A stretch of DNA of 64,000 nt, from assembly GCA_040357565.1 (NCBI GenBank), contig JBDODJ010000001.1. One strand, written 5' to 3'. Below, in pieces: positions 27,181-39,110 of the stretch. A program made the translations under genes and the position numbers. The notes beneath the pieces are model-generated. The model had not been told where the DNA came from. It did no database searches and worked only from the letters and a program-made list of their open reading frames with translations. Numbering within the stretch: the first letter of the stretch is position 1; each line of letters starts with the position of its first letter. The stretch is from Cercozoa sp. M6MM. Its lineage: Eukaryota > Protista > Endomyxa: Ascetosporea.

Positions 27181-30100
27181 ATGGGCAATGAGCATCCAGA
27201 ATGGGTGCAACAGCAGATCCGTGCATTTGGAGGCTGGGCCAACATGTGGCTCAGCGCTGGGGGGCACGATTGTCAGATCACGACTTTCACCACCGAGATG
27301 CAAGATGGGGTCGTGCTGGCGCGTCTGCTGGAGTCGCTGGAGGGAAGAAAGCAGCTCTTTAAGGTGCACGAGAAGCCGAAACTCGTGTTTCAGCGAAACG
27401 AGAACATTTCGGCTGCGCTGCACTTCATCCAGCAGCGAACAAAGTTTGAGCTCGTCGGAATCTCGCCCACAGTACTTTCAACCCTGTTCCACGTTTGCTT
27501 GAGTGATAAACAAGCGTTGCCTTGTTTCAGGCGATCGAGCAAGCACAGCTGAAACCTGCATTGGCTCTGACTTGGATCTTAATTCTGTAAGATACACCCG
27601 GCTCTGCAGCTGTTTTTCAAAGAGAACAATAAGGAAACTTCCTTTGCTTGTGCAGCTTTTATCAAATCGAGCGAAGTTCCTCGCGAAAAGAACAGCAGCA
27701 AGATGGCGAAAATCAGTCGTCTGGTCAAAGCGCTAAAAGTAAACTTCACTTTGTATGAACATTTCAGCGTTTTGCGTGTTATCTTGTTATTCTGTTTGAA
27801 CAGGTGCGTTGCTCGAATGGGTGGCGCTGTACATTGACGTCGACGCACTCCCTGTGCGCAACTTTGACTCGCACTGGCAGGATGGCCGTGCGTTTCTTCA
27901 ACTGATCTTGGCTCTGGTGCGTTCTCAAGTCGTGTATTGTCTTCGTTGGCACATGTCTTAACTGTAGCTCGACTGTGTTGGCATCGAAGCAAATGTAACG
28001 ACGTCGGAGGAACCGAAAGAACGTCTGACGACTTCATTCGCTCTTGCGTTGGAGCATTTGAATGTGCCGGCCATCCTGGACACTGGTACTCTTTTCTGTC
28101 CTCGTTGTCTTGATGTTGTTCATGTTGCTGTTCGGTAGACCTCTTGCTTTCGTCTGTGCCAGACGAACTGTCTGTGATGACGTACATTGCCATGCTGAGA
28201 CACGGCCTGCAACAACACGGCGGCGACGACAGTGCCGAGCGTGAACTCGAGCAAGAGCGACACAGGTGTTGTGTAGCTTCACAGACTTTGTTCCACACTT
28301 TCACCCTTGTTTTTTCGGCAGAGCAAAACTGTCAGAACTGCGCGAAAAGCTGCGTATTGTTCGAAGCGAAAACGCCGCCCTTCGTGTTGCTGTAACTGAC
28401 GTGCAAGCGAGCACCAAACTGCAGCTGCGAACGGTGTCAGCGCAAGTGTCGCAAGTCGTGTCCCGCCTGCAGACCCAGGTCGCTCGACAGACTGTACGAA
28501 TTCAAGCGAACGAAACTGCTGCCGCTCAACTCGAGACGAAACTAACGCAAAACGAACTCGCGAAACAACAACTCGCGCAGCAAGTGCAACAACTCGAAAG
28601 CTCGCTCCAGCAGACGCGCGAACAGCTTTCGCACAGCGTCCACGTCTCTCAAGTTCAAGCCAAGACTCACGAGCAAAACTGCGCGCAACTTGAGTCTCAA
28701 ATCGCCGCTCTCAACGAGGAACTCGCTTCCGCGCGGAGGCAAGGAGCCGAACAAAGCGAAAACGCAAGTCAGCTCTCGGAAACCCTCGAAAGTGAAAGAG
28801 CGAAAGCCGCGTCGCAGCTGGCCGAACTCGAAGCTCGACTGAACGAAGCGCGCGAAATCGCAACTCGCGAAAGCAACGCACGCGAAAGCGAAAGCGCGAA
28901 ACTCGCGACGCAGCTTTCGCAACTCGAAACAGAACTCACCGCGGCCCGCGACAAAATAGAGCGACAGACACGCCATCACGAAGCTCTCAATCAATCACAT
29001 CAGCAGGAGAGAGAAGCGTCAGCGCGGACGCTCGCTGATCTCGAAACACGCCTGTCAGAAGCCGAAACACGCGCTGACGAGACGAAGCGAAGCTTTCAAG
29101 AAGCGTTGGAGTCACACGGAAGGCGACATTTCGAAAACTCGAACCGCGTCGCTGAACTCGAAGCCGAACTTGCAGCAGCTCGATTCGACTTGACGCAACA
29201 AAGCGAAACTGCTGCCTCGAAAGTATCGTCGCTGCAGCAGCAGCTCTTCGAAGCCGAAGTCGAGTTGAAGCAGCAACAAGAGAGAGCTCAAGTCGCACGA
29301 GACGAAAGCTTGCAGCAGCAACAACAACTTCAAGCACAAGTCGCACGACTCTACACTGCGCTCGAGCAGTCCGAAAGCTCCGTGCGGAAGCTGAAGCAAG
29401 CAGTGTGCGAAGGTGACAACAAGGCGGCTTCGTTAGAGTCGCAACTCAAAGCTCTCCGCGAGCGAGCCGAAGCAGCGAAACTCGAGTCGACGCAACGAGA
29501 CGAGCAAGCAACGCAAAGCCAGGCGAAATTCGAAAGTCGCATCGCGGAACTCGAAGCACGACTCGAAGCGCAATCGCGCGACACGGCGGCTGAAGCGACG
29601 CGACTGCGCTTGCAGCACGACGCGCAACTTGAGCGTGCACTGGCGCAGACTCACTCGCAGAACGAGAGACTGACGCAGGCGCAGCAACAGGTAACGCAGG
29701 CGCAGCAACGTGTGGCGCAACTGCAACAAGAGAACGTCTCGCGTACCCGAGAAGCTTTGGAAGCAGCCTCGCGTGCTGCTGAATTGGAGCGACTCATGCG
29801 ACAACAGCAGCAGGAACTGCGCCGTGCTAAGTGCTTTCTCTCTCTGTCTGTCTCTTCGGTGTTAGTCTTTGATGTTTTCATGTACGAGAGTTGTGTGTTT
29901 GAAGGGACGACCTCGAGTGGAAGGTCAGCGAGATCGAGTCGCACAAGGACGCGGTCGCGCAGAACGAAAAGGAGACGGCCAACCTCGTGGCACAGATGCG
30001 CAAACACATCGTGAAACGTCGCACTGTCGAACAGCAGATGTCGCAGCTCCGACAGCAGCTTTCGCTTCTCACGGAACGCGAACGTGCGCACCAGGCGCAA

Positions 30101-31185
30101 ATGTCCACTGGTAGGTTTTACCCCCCCCCCCCGCAGTTCTATCCTCTCTTGCCCCACCATTTATCTCCCCGCCCCCAGCCAACTCTCGCATCGCCGAACT
30201 GGAGGCGCAGCTGCAAGGTATGACGAGCAGCACGGCAACGCCCGAGCCGAAACGTGCACCGGCAGTGCCGACACGAGACGTACGCGATGACGTTTCGGAC
30301 ACAGCGTCGGTGTGGAGCGATGCTTCCTTCTCGCGCACGCTGACACCATTGACGCCGCCCGTAAGGTTTTACCCCCCTCGCTCATCATTTACCCCTCTCA
30401 CTCACCCCTTCTTACACCCATCTCAGGCTATCGCGATCGAGTCTGCACAAAAACCGGCACATGCGGAAACCGTCGCTGTCGATTCACAGTGTGGCCGCTC
30501 TGACCGATGCTCTGGGCGAGGACGAGTGGCCTGACGAGGCCGAAGTCAATGGCACCAGCACCGGCACTCCTAGCAAGTCGGCGCCTGTGTCCATCAACGA
30601 ACAGGTCGCTTCCTTCGAACGTGCACGTGATGGACAGGTACTTTACCCCTTTAACTTTGGCTTTACCCTTCACCCTTCAGTATCTTCCCTCTGTCCTCTT
30701 TACCCCTTAATTTGTAATCCCTTCCCAGTCATTGGTGCCGCTGGAGCTAGTGCCGCAGCATGACCAGTCCAAAACGAGCGAGAAACGCGTGTCCTATCGC
30801 TTCGGCACGCGCATCGTGCACGTCGAGCTGCTCAGCGACAAGCTCTGCGTGCGTATCGGTGGCGGCTACATGCCGTACCCTTCGGCTGCTTCCTCAACTA
30901 TACCCCATTATACTATCCCGCATTCTAATCATCCTTTTTTACATGAGCAGTCTGAGCGAATTCGTCTCCAAGTACGAAGCTTCCGAGGCCAGGAAAATTG
31001 TACATTATGTTTCGTTCTGCCTGCTGCCTGCTCAGCATGCTTTGCCCTTTGACTAACCCCTTGATCAGTACGGAAACACGCCGAGGTCTGGTCCCGCCTC
31101 CGGCAATCTGCGTCGCTTCCGACAAAATGTTAGTGTGCGCAAAAGACCACCACGCGCACACCGGTCTGACGATGCGTGGCCTTAG
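27181..31185 (+). CDS. Tandem calponin-homology + long coiled coil + GAR (GAS2) domain protein
   Basis: CH1 (QIRAFGGWAN..MQDGVVLARLLESL..ENISAALHFI) and CH2 (ALLEWV..VRNFDSHWQDG..PDELSVMTYI), a coiled-coil exon of roughly 500 aa, and a GAR motif YRFGTRIVHVELLSDKLCVRIGGGYMPLSEFVSKY. Confidence 0.8.
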
Positions 31186-31462
31186 AGGTTTCGTAGATTC
31201 TTAGTAGCACCCCACATACTGGGTTTCCGTCAAAAGTGCATTATATAACACAGTTTATGCAGTTTATGGGCGCGGCATCAAAAGTGTACTACATGACTGC
31301 CCATCAAACAGTATCAGGCAGTGTGCTGGTGTGTACTACGCGTATTATATCGTTCCGTTCCAGCGGAAGGGTGCCAATACGCGAATGCTGAGGTGATCTG
31401 ATTTTTTTCTGTGGGGGGCCTTGTTTTGTTTTAAAAGGGTTTTGTCTTCTACTTTTGCAGGA

Positions 31463-34400
31463 ATGGATCCCAGAACCCCCGCTTGCGATCATGTCTGGGA
31501 ATTCTTAACAGTGTCGCTGCTCGCTGAGACATCCCGCGAGCTGTCCTGCCTGTTGGACAACGATATCCTCTCGCGTGGCCTGTTCGCGTGCTTCGACCAT
31601 CGGTTCACTGAAAGCTTATTGGAGTATCTCACAAAGAACCGAGATCGTCTCACGCCCGAAGAACGGGAAATTGCGAGAAACATGCGATCTCTGTCGTGCT
31701 CACGACAGCAGGATTTTTCGCCGTGCGTGTCTGGTGGTTGGTGCGAACTCGACGCGCGAGCACTCGAGGCATGCTTTCCGTCATCCCTCAAAGAGACAGC
31801 ATCCAGTCTTATCAAGCGTGCCGTTTCTGTCCGCACGAGCCGCAAATCGAAACACCGCGTGAAAAAGATTGTGTTGCGAATGGCTCAAGCCAGCAAAGTG
31901 AATGTTTCCTTGCTGGAGAGTGTTCTCGCTTCGCGAGACCTCACCAAGGACGAAAAGGACGATGTTGACAATTTCGTGAAGTCGTATTTTTCGTCTGATC
32001 TGCCGCAGCTCCTTGCGTGCTTTGACGACACACGGGCTGCATCTGATGGACCTTTGTGGAACGACGGATGGTGGTTTCTTGACGGCCTCTCGTACGCTTC
32101 CTTTACCTCAGTTTTTTTGTCCAGTTCTCTCTTTGTTTGGATGCTAATTTTGTAGGCACGGCGAGGATTTCATAAAACAGAACCGTCGCGGTTTGCTGTC
32201 TCTCGTGAGCAAGCACGAGGGACCGATTGACCCGAGCATGGGCGGCATCGGGGGGCAAGTGTTGAACCTCTTTTTGATGGTTCAATTCGATTTCCTTCTT
32301 GGCGGTTCTGTCGCAAATGTTGACGCAGTTTTTGTCGAGGTGCACTTTTACCCTCCGCTCTTCGCGACTTTAAATTTCACTGTTGTTTCCTACGTCGTGT
32401 GCTTTGTTGTTTTGCTCTACCTGTAACATGTGGTGTTTAGAGAGCGATGATCGCATTCGATGCAATGTTTTCGCTGACGCTCGGCGCTTGTGATTCGATC
32501 CTTCGGCGAGAAGACCGGAGTTTTGTGCTTTTTTGGCGCAACGAGGATTTAGAATTGGCTCGGTGGGTTGCACACTTGACGGATCTTCTGAACAAGATTC
32601 GGTACTTCTCGCTTTGTGTATGCGTGTACGGTAATGTGTTTGTGTATCTCTAGATTAAATTCCAAATCGGACGACTTGCCGGACTGCGACATTGATTTGT
32701 TGCTGCAGCCCGAACTCTATTCAGAACCTGGTGCACCTGTCGGCGACAGACTTCAGTGTCTGATCTCCAGTGTCTTCTCACCTGGTACGTGACTCACTAG
32801 CACATTCTTCTAGAAGTTTATTGCCTCGTTCGGCGTGTTTTAGGAATTGGTGTCTTTGATTTTGTTGACGACGACTTTGCTGGATCGCTGCACCTCGTGC
32901 TGCAACGTCTGTCGCCGAAACAACGACATGTGCTCGATCTGTGGGTACACTCGCTTGTTCCCATCTTGAGTTTGACTTGCCTTATATACCTATCTTTATG
33001 TATTTTTGTTATGTATTATATAATGTGTCTAAACTGTATGCGTATCTCCAAATTATTTGTGTCTGTATATTTCTATCTACATATATATGGTATCTGAGCA
33101 GTTCCTGATCGCAGCTTTGCGAACGCGCCCGAAGAACCTTTCCCCTGCCGAGATCGTGCAGGCTGCGAGAATTCTCGACGTGGTGCAGAATGCTTTTGAC
33201 ACAGCTGAGGTACAATTTAGCACTTCGACACTCCAATTAGACGACGGTTTTCTCGAAGGTTATGTAGCTCAACACTGTGCCGCAACGAATGCGCTGTGTC
33301 ATCGAGAACGTCGTCTTTGACGGTGCAGACGAAACCGACGAGATGTTGGTGTCGATGTACCTGCTTGTCGCCTGTCAGTACCGTATGTTCGCCTCACTGC
33401 TCTTGCTCCTCATCTTCCCCCGTCCGAGGTTGTGCGTTTGTTGTAGTTTGGTTTGCACACGACACGGACAAAATCAACAGCAGCAACTCGACAGGGTTTC
33501 CCAAGATTACTGTCACGGCGCTGCTGGCCACTGAACGACGACATCCGGGTTTCGTGCGGCAACTGCGCAGTGCTTTGCAGGATAGCGAGTCGCTCTTTGC
33601 TTTCTTGTCTCTGCCACCTGAGTTGAAACCGCTATTTCGCGCCTCTGACAGTCGGAATTGGGTCCTTGATTGTGTTTATCTACCTCTTCCTTACCTTCGT
33701 GTCTCTTAAATCATAACTTTCCTTGCAGGACGATGACTATGTGCACAAGCCTTTTCCGCAAGATAATGAGATTTGGCGGCGGTCCAAGCGACAAAAGAAA
33801 CTGTGTCTAGGCGCCGTCCGTTACAAGAACAAGCCCAAGGAAATGGCGAAATATTTGACCTCGGAGGTGTCTCGGATCATCATGGAAGTCGTGCTCTTGA
33901 AGCTACAGAACGTTTTGTCAGGCACTGCGCCCAGCGTACCTTTTGTGTTTTGCGTTTTGCCTTTTTCAAATTTTCGGCCGTTTGTTGGATCAGGTCGAGG
34001 AATTGTCGGAGGTTGCGTTGTGTGGCGAAACCGTTCGCAACGAGGTTCACAGCTTTCTGCGCAAGCGACGATTTTCCGTTTTGCGTGACCCGAATCGACT
34101 CAATTCGTGCATGCTTGATGGTAACCTGAACGTACTTTGAGTGACTTGTTCACCACTGCTTTTTAAATGCAGCGCACCAACGACTCATTGACATGTTCGC
34201 GCGTTTGCTGCTTCGGTCTGGAGCGGGGCTAAGTGTGATAAACTCCAAGAAATACGATTCGATCAAGATCACGTCAGAGTTACTGATCAAGATCACGTCA
34301 GAGTTACTGCTTGCGATGACAGGGCTGGAGCTGCGTCGGAAGGCAGTAAGAATTCTCTTTTCAACTCTTCGCTTTCTTAGAATTGCACTGGCGGGAAGAA

Positions 34401-34847
34401 TATATGTTGTGTATGCATTGCAGATACTGTTCAAGCGAATGTACGAAGCGATTCAGCTGTTTGACGTGCAGTGCAGCAAGCTGAATCGCACTCCCTCACG
34501 ATTTTCTGTCCAGTTCAGTGACAGCTGCGCCAAGCTCACCGAACTTGGACGTGCCACCAGCACGATCTTGAACGAGTTTCCGTGGCTCGTGGTGCCGCAG
34601 CTGCGGCATCAGGCGCGCGGAATCTTGCAGAGGCACATCCGAACCGACGTGGTGAGCGACCTCAGGCGTCAATCGCTCGTTGCCTTCCTGCATCAAGTCG
34701 ATGCGCAGCTGCTGACGTCCGGCCTTCTCGGCAACGTTGCCTTGTCGAACCTCCCCTTTCTGCGCTGCGAGCAGAAACTGAATAGGCACGCCAACTCTGC
34801 CTTGCGCATCATTAAACTGTCTTGCTCTCTGGTACATCTCTTACTCA

Positions 34848-34914
<67 letters not shown>

Positions 34915-36339
34915 GGTACCCTTCTGGTCTATAGGATGACAGGTACACGCAATGCGTCGCGGCGTTCGGCGAGGCCTTTGTCTTGTGCAGGATCGCCAAC
35001 GACGACGTGTTCAAGCGGCAGGTGCGCAGGTGTGCCGAGCGTGTGCGTGTCTCTCGCAAGTCATGTGGCCGCCTGTTTGCGCCGGCGCATGCGAAACTCG
35101 ACATCAGTGACGTCAACGAGGTCCTGTCGCGCTGTGTCACTCTCTTCGACGCCTCGTCGTCGCAAGCAACGCTTTCACTTGTCGCCGATGCATGTACTCT
35201 TTTACTTTCTTGCGTATCTTTCTTGGACTGAGTTTTCACCGCTGTCTCAGTGTCACTTGTGATCACGTGCGGTGCCGTGGTCCACATGCAAATCGTCGAT
35301 CAGTTGAAGAAGCAGCGTACGTCAGCAAAAGCGCTGTGGGAGCGGTGTTGCGCGCAAGTTCCGCGGATAAAGCAGCTTTCTCCCTTGAGCGTTCCTTTTT
35401 CGTTGGACTCGCAGTTGCGACGCATCTTGTCGCTTAGTGAGGACGTGGCCTGGTCCGAGTCGATGCTGCTGCGTGTGCGGCAGCAAGTCGACGTGCCAGA
35501 TGAAATGCATCAAAGCTGGAGCGATCTGTTTGCCTCTGTCAACAGATTGGTGGATTTAGTGCGCGAGGAATGTGATCGATACGGCATTGACCTGCGTGAT
35601 TTTGGCCTTTTCTTGCGACGCATTCTTTCTGCTTGTATCGTTTGTTTTTCTTCATTCAGCCGTGTTGAAAGCGGCCAGTGAAGGTACTGACAGCAGTGCT
35701 GATAGCAGTACTGAAAGCAGTGACAGCAGTAGCGACAGCAGTAGTGACAATGACAGTTCGAGTGACAATAGCGATGACAGTGACATCGACACGAGCAGTC
35801 CTGAGATCGAAAGCGTTGCCGCAAGTGACACGGCAGATGACACTGTCATTGAGAAAGAAAACGACCCTGTTGTTGAAAGCGATAGTGACACTGAAATTGA
35901 GACCGAAACTGACACTGACACTGACACTGACATTGAGACTGAAACTGAAACTGAGACCAAATTGGACGGGGAAACTGTTGACCATGTTGAAGCTCCGAGC
36001 ACTCCGACTGACACTGTCGACGAAAAAAAGCAAGAAGACACTGCCGTAAACGAACAGGAGACGAACCCTGCTATCAAGTCAGCCACTCTCTTCCAGAACA
36101 TTGAAAGTCGTGTGGTACGTTTTGATGTTTGTAAAAGCATCATTGTTTGCCTTGTTCCTCAGTATTTTCTTTTTCTGTGTTCATCGCAGTTCGCAGAAAT
36201 ACGGTGCGACTGGGGTTTCGCTCATCCAGAGTCGGCTGCATTGTCTGCTGTCGTCTTAACTTCGCGCGACCGCACGGATGAGGTTCTGGCGCGCATTAAC
36301 GCCGCTGTCGATCACATCTTTGGCGACCTTGCTAGTTAA
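31463..36339 (+). CDS. Uncharacterised large multi-exon protein, tandem paralogue A
   Basis: Long exons linked by GT-AG introns. Shares blocks with 36733-42293 (WCELDARALEACF; GLLGNVALSNLPFLRCE; QCVAAFGEAF). Ser/Asp-rich tract near the C-terminus. Confidence 0.7.
34261..34308 (+). repeat. Perfect 24-bp in-frame tandem duplication
   Basis: GATCAAGATCACGTCAGAGTTACT occurs twice in tandem, encoding IKITSELL twice. Confidence 0.95.
34851..34908. repeat. (CT)n microsatellite in an intron
   Basis: Perfect TC run. Confidence 0.95.
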
Positions 36340-36488
36340 TGAGCATACCTCACTGTATGTATAGTAACATTGCTAGTTTTTGGCTTGGAAAAGTGCACGG
36401 CAATAATCGCGTCGCCACACGGTCAGTACTTTCATGGCGCATGTTCCGTCAAGATTGGGCGGAGCTAACAGCTATTTGGAACAAACTC

Positions 36489-36548
36489 AGTGCCGTGCTC
36501 TTGCGACCCACCCAGGGCTGGTGCAGGGGAAGACTCAACTAACTAAAC
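36489..36548 (+). mobile_element. Short retroposon-like insertion (copy 2) with 11-bp target-site duplication
   Basis: Flanked by GGAACAAACTC at 36478-36488 and 36549-36559. Ends AGACTCAACTAACTAA. Homologous to the reverse complement of 12475-12550. Confidence 0.7.
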
Positions 36549-36732
36549 GGAACAAACTCGTTTAAGGAAAACGACAGTTTAGCCGAAGCGCTCGTCTATC
36601 AATAGCAAACGTGCGTGTGTGTGCGCTGCCTCACATTCACAAAGGTTCAGTAACTGCCACTAAATGCTCAGGTATTGCAGTGATCAGGTTTTTTTTTTGA
36701 ATTCGGTGGACTGAACTGGGAATATGATGTAG

Positions 36733-39031
36733 ATGGACGTCGATTTTGTGTGCGATGATGGCTGGAGGTTCTTGGCAGAGTTATTTTTCCAGCATATACT
36801 GGACGGGCAGGAGCAGAACTATCTGTGCGTCATACCGGCGTCGTGCAGAGGTCGATTGCTGACGTGCTTCGAGCGCGATTTTGTGCAACGCCTGCTTCGA
36901 CGCCTGCAGCGAATCTGTGGCCAGGATGAGGAAATCCTTGCTGCTGACTTGAACTGTCTGTCAAAGTTGGTCGAGCAGTCGCAGAATCTGCCGCGTGCGC
37001 TCCCGGCGTGCGACTGGTGCGATCTAGACGTCAAGGTGCTGGAGGCCTGCTTTATCGGGCATGACGTGAAGCGTGTGCACGCTTTCCTCGAGGACGAAGG
37101 CTTTGTTTTCGAAGTGATCAATTCAAACGACATGCGTTGCACCACGCTTCTGTCGCACATGGCACGTGCCACCGGCCTCGACTTCAAACTGCTGAGGAAT
37201 GTGCTGTTCGGCATGATCGGCGCCGCTCAACGTCACGAAATAATGCACTTTCTCGACAATGCCAAATTGCGATACTTGAACAGTATCGACAGTTTTTCGT
37301 TGCCATTTCAACCGCAAAGCAAGCTCGACACGTTTGACAGTGACAGTGAGACTGAAGGCGAATGCGAACGAAAGAACAAAATCGACTTTGAAGACGAAGA
37401 CGAAAGCGACAGTTCAGACACGTTGTTTGACGCATGGAATTCGCCGCCGGATTTTCGGTCAGTTTATTTTTCCGTCTGTTGTGAAACTACCGTTTTTCTT
37501 TTGTTTGCGATATAGCAGACACGGCAACAAATTGTTCGACCTGCAGGCGTCGAAGGGTCTGCTTCGACACCTTAAACTGGACCCCTCGGGTCGCGATTTA
37601 TCACGTGCAGTGCGTCTAAAATTGTCGTGGCTGCGGCGGGAGTTTAAAGACAAGAATGCGCGTGGCTTGATTGAGGTAGGATTATAAACAACCATGATTG
37701 CTTGAGATCTTATGTGCTCTTGCAGGGAGCTACTTGCTGGCTTGAAGTGATGGGCCCCAACACGAAGACCAGCTCTGCCACCACGCCGTTGCCCTTGTTG
37801 GTGAAAATGCTGAGCGAATATCGGTATTGTAGCGTCTAACAATGCACAATGCTTTAATTGCACGCATTTAAGGTTTGGAAGCAGAGGAGACTTGCCAGAA
37901 CGTGACTCAGAATTGCTGTTGCACTTGCTTCGTAACGGAAGCGACCTTTCTCCAGAGTTTGCTGAACTATCATCGACACTTAGACTTACACGTATCCGAC
38001 TTTGTGTTTTGCGAAAATCTGCGTGTATGTTCAACTGACCGCGTTCAGATCTATTTTCTTTTAGCTTGGCTAGATGGCGACAACAAGGAAAAACTGAAAC
38101 CGCAGGTTGAACTCTTGGTGCGTTGCTCTATGTTATTCTTCAGGTTTCCGCCCTTTCATTCTGCTTGTGATTTAGGTTCTTACCGCAAAGTTACTGAGGC
38201 ATCCACAACGTTTGTCAGTGCAAGAAACACTCGACGCAGCTCGCCTTTTCGGCAAGGTTCAGGCGGCTTTCGATACTGATGAGGTAATCTGTTTATATCC
38301 GTACTTTCCACTTTGACTCTCGTTTTGTGGACTAAATATACAGTCAAACGAGGTGCTTGATCGGTTACGCGCCATAGTCAGCGTTGGCGACGACGAGATC
38401 GATGCGGGTTTTCTTGGATTGCACTTGTGCTTTGCCCTCACATTTGGTGTGTTCCCGTCTCGGCTTTTGTGGTTTGTCGGAATTGTGGTGGACTGTTTTT
38501 GGCCGCTATAGTTGAGCAAGCGTTTGTGCGGAAGCCGTGCGGGATCTTTGATCTGTGGGAGGCCGAGCACAAGAAAGGCGGAATCGTGCAGAAGCTCTAT
38601 GACGCACTCCATGGTGATGAGGCGTTGATGGCTTTCATGCCGCTTTCGCCTTCGTTGCGCGATCTGTTTGACATTGCTGTCGGCCATCTGGTGCCAAAAT
38701 CTATCTTTTTTTTTGCTTTTCCTTGCTTGACATGTTTAGAAGGATGCTTACCACACTTTGCAACAATAGGATGCGAGCTGTTCCGTGAAATCCGGTGTGT
38801 CAGAGCCGAAGGAAACTTGGTTTGATTTGGACGACAACGCACGCAAGGATTCGCTGCTCGTGCTTTTTGTGAAAAAGAAGGACACAAACATGAGTCGCGA
38901 GGAAACATACGCCGCTTTGATCTCTACGGTGTTTGAGCTCAGTGTTGACGCTGTCAGTTCCAAATTGGCTGATATCGTCACCGATCGCACCTCTAACATC
39001 CAGGCAAGTCTGCTTTTTACTTTAATGTGTG

Positions 39032-39066
<35 letters not shown>

Positions 39067-39075
39067 GTGCGTGTG

Positions 39076-39110
<35 letters not shown>

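Noticed and set aside
38510-38640. KPCGIFDLWEAE resembling a myosin-head motif
   Set aside because: No P-loop or switch motifs are present, and the motif is not conserved in paralogue A.
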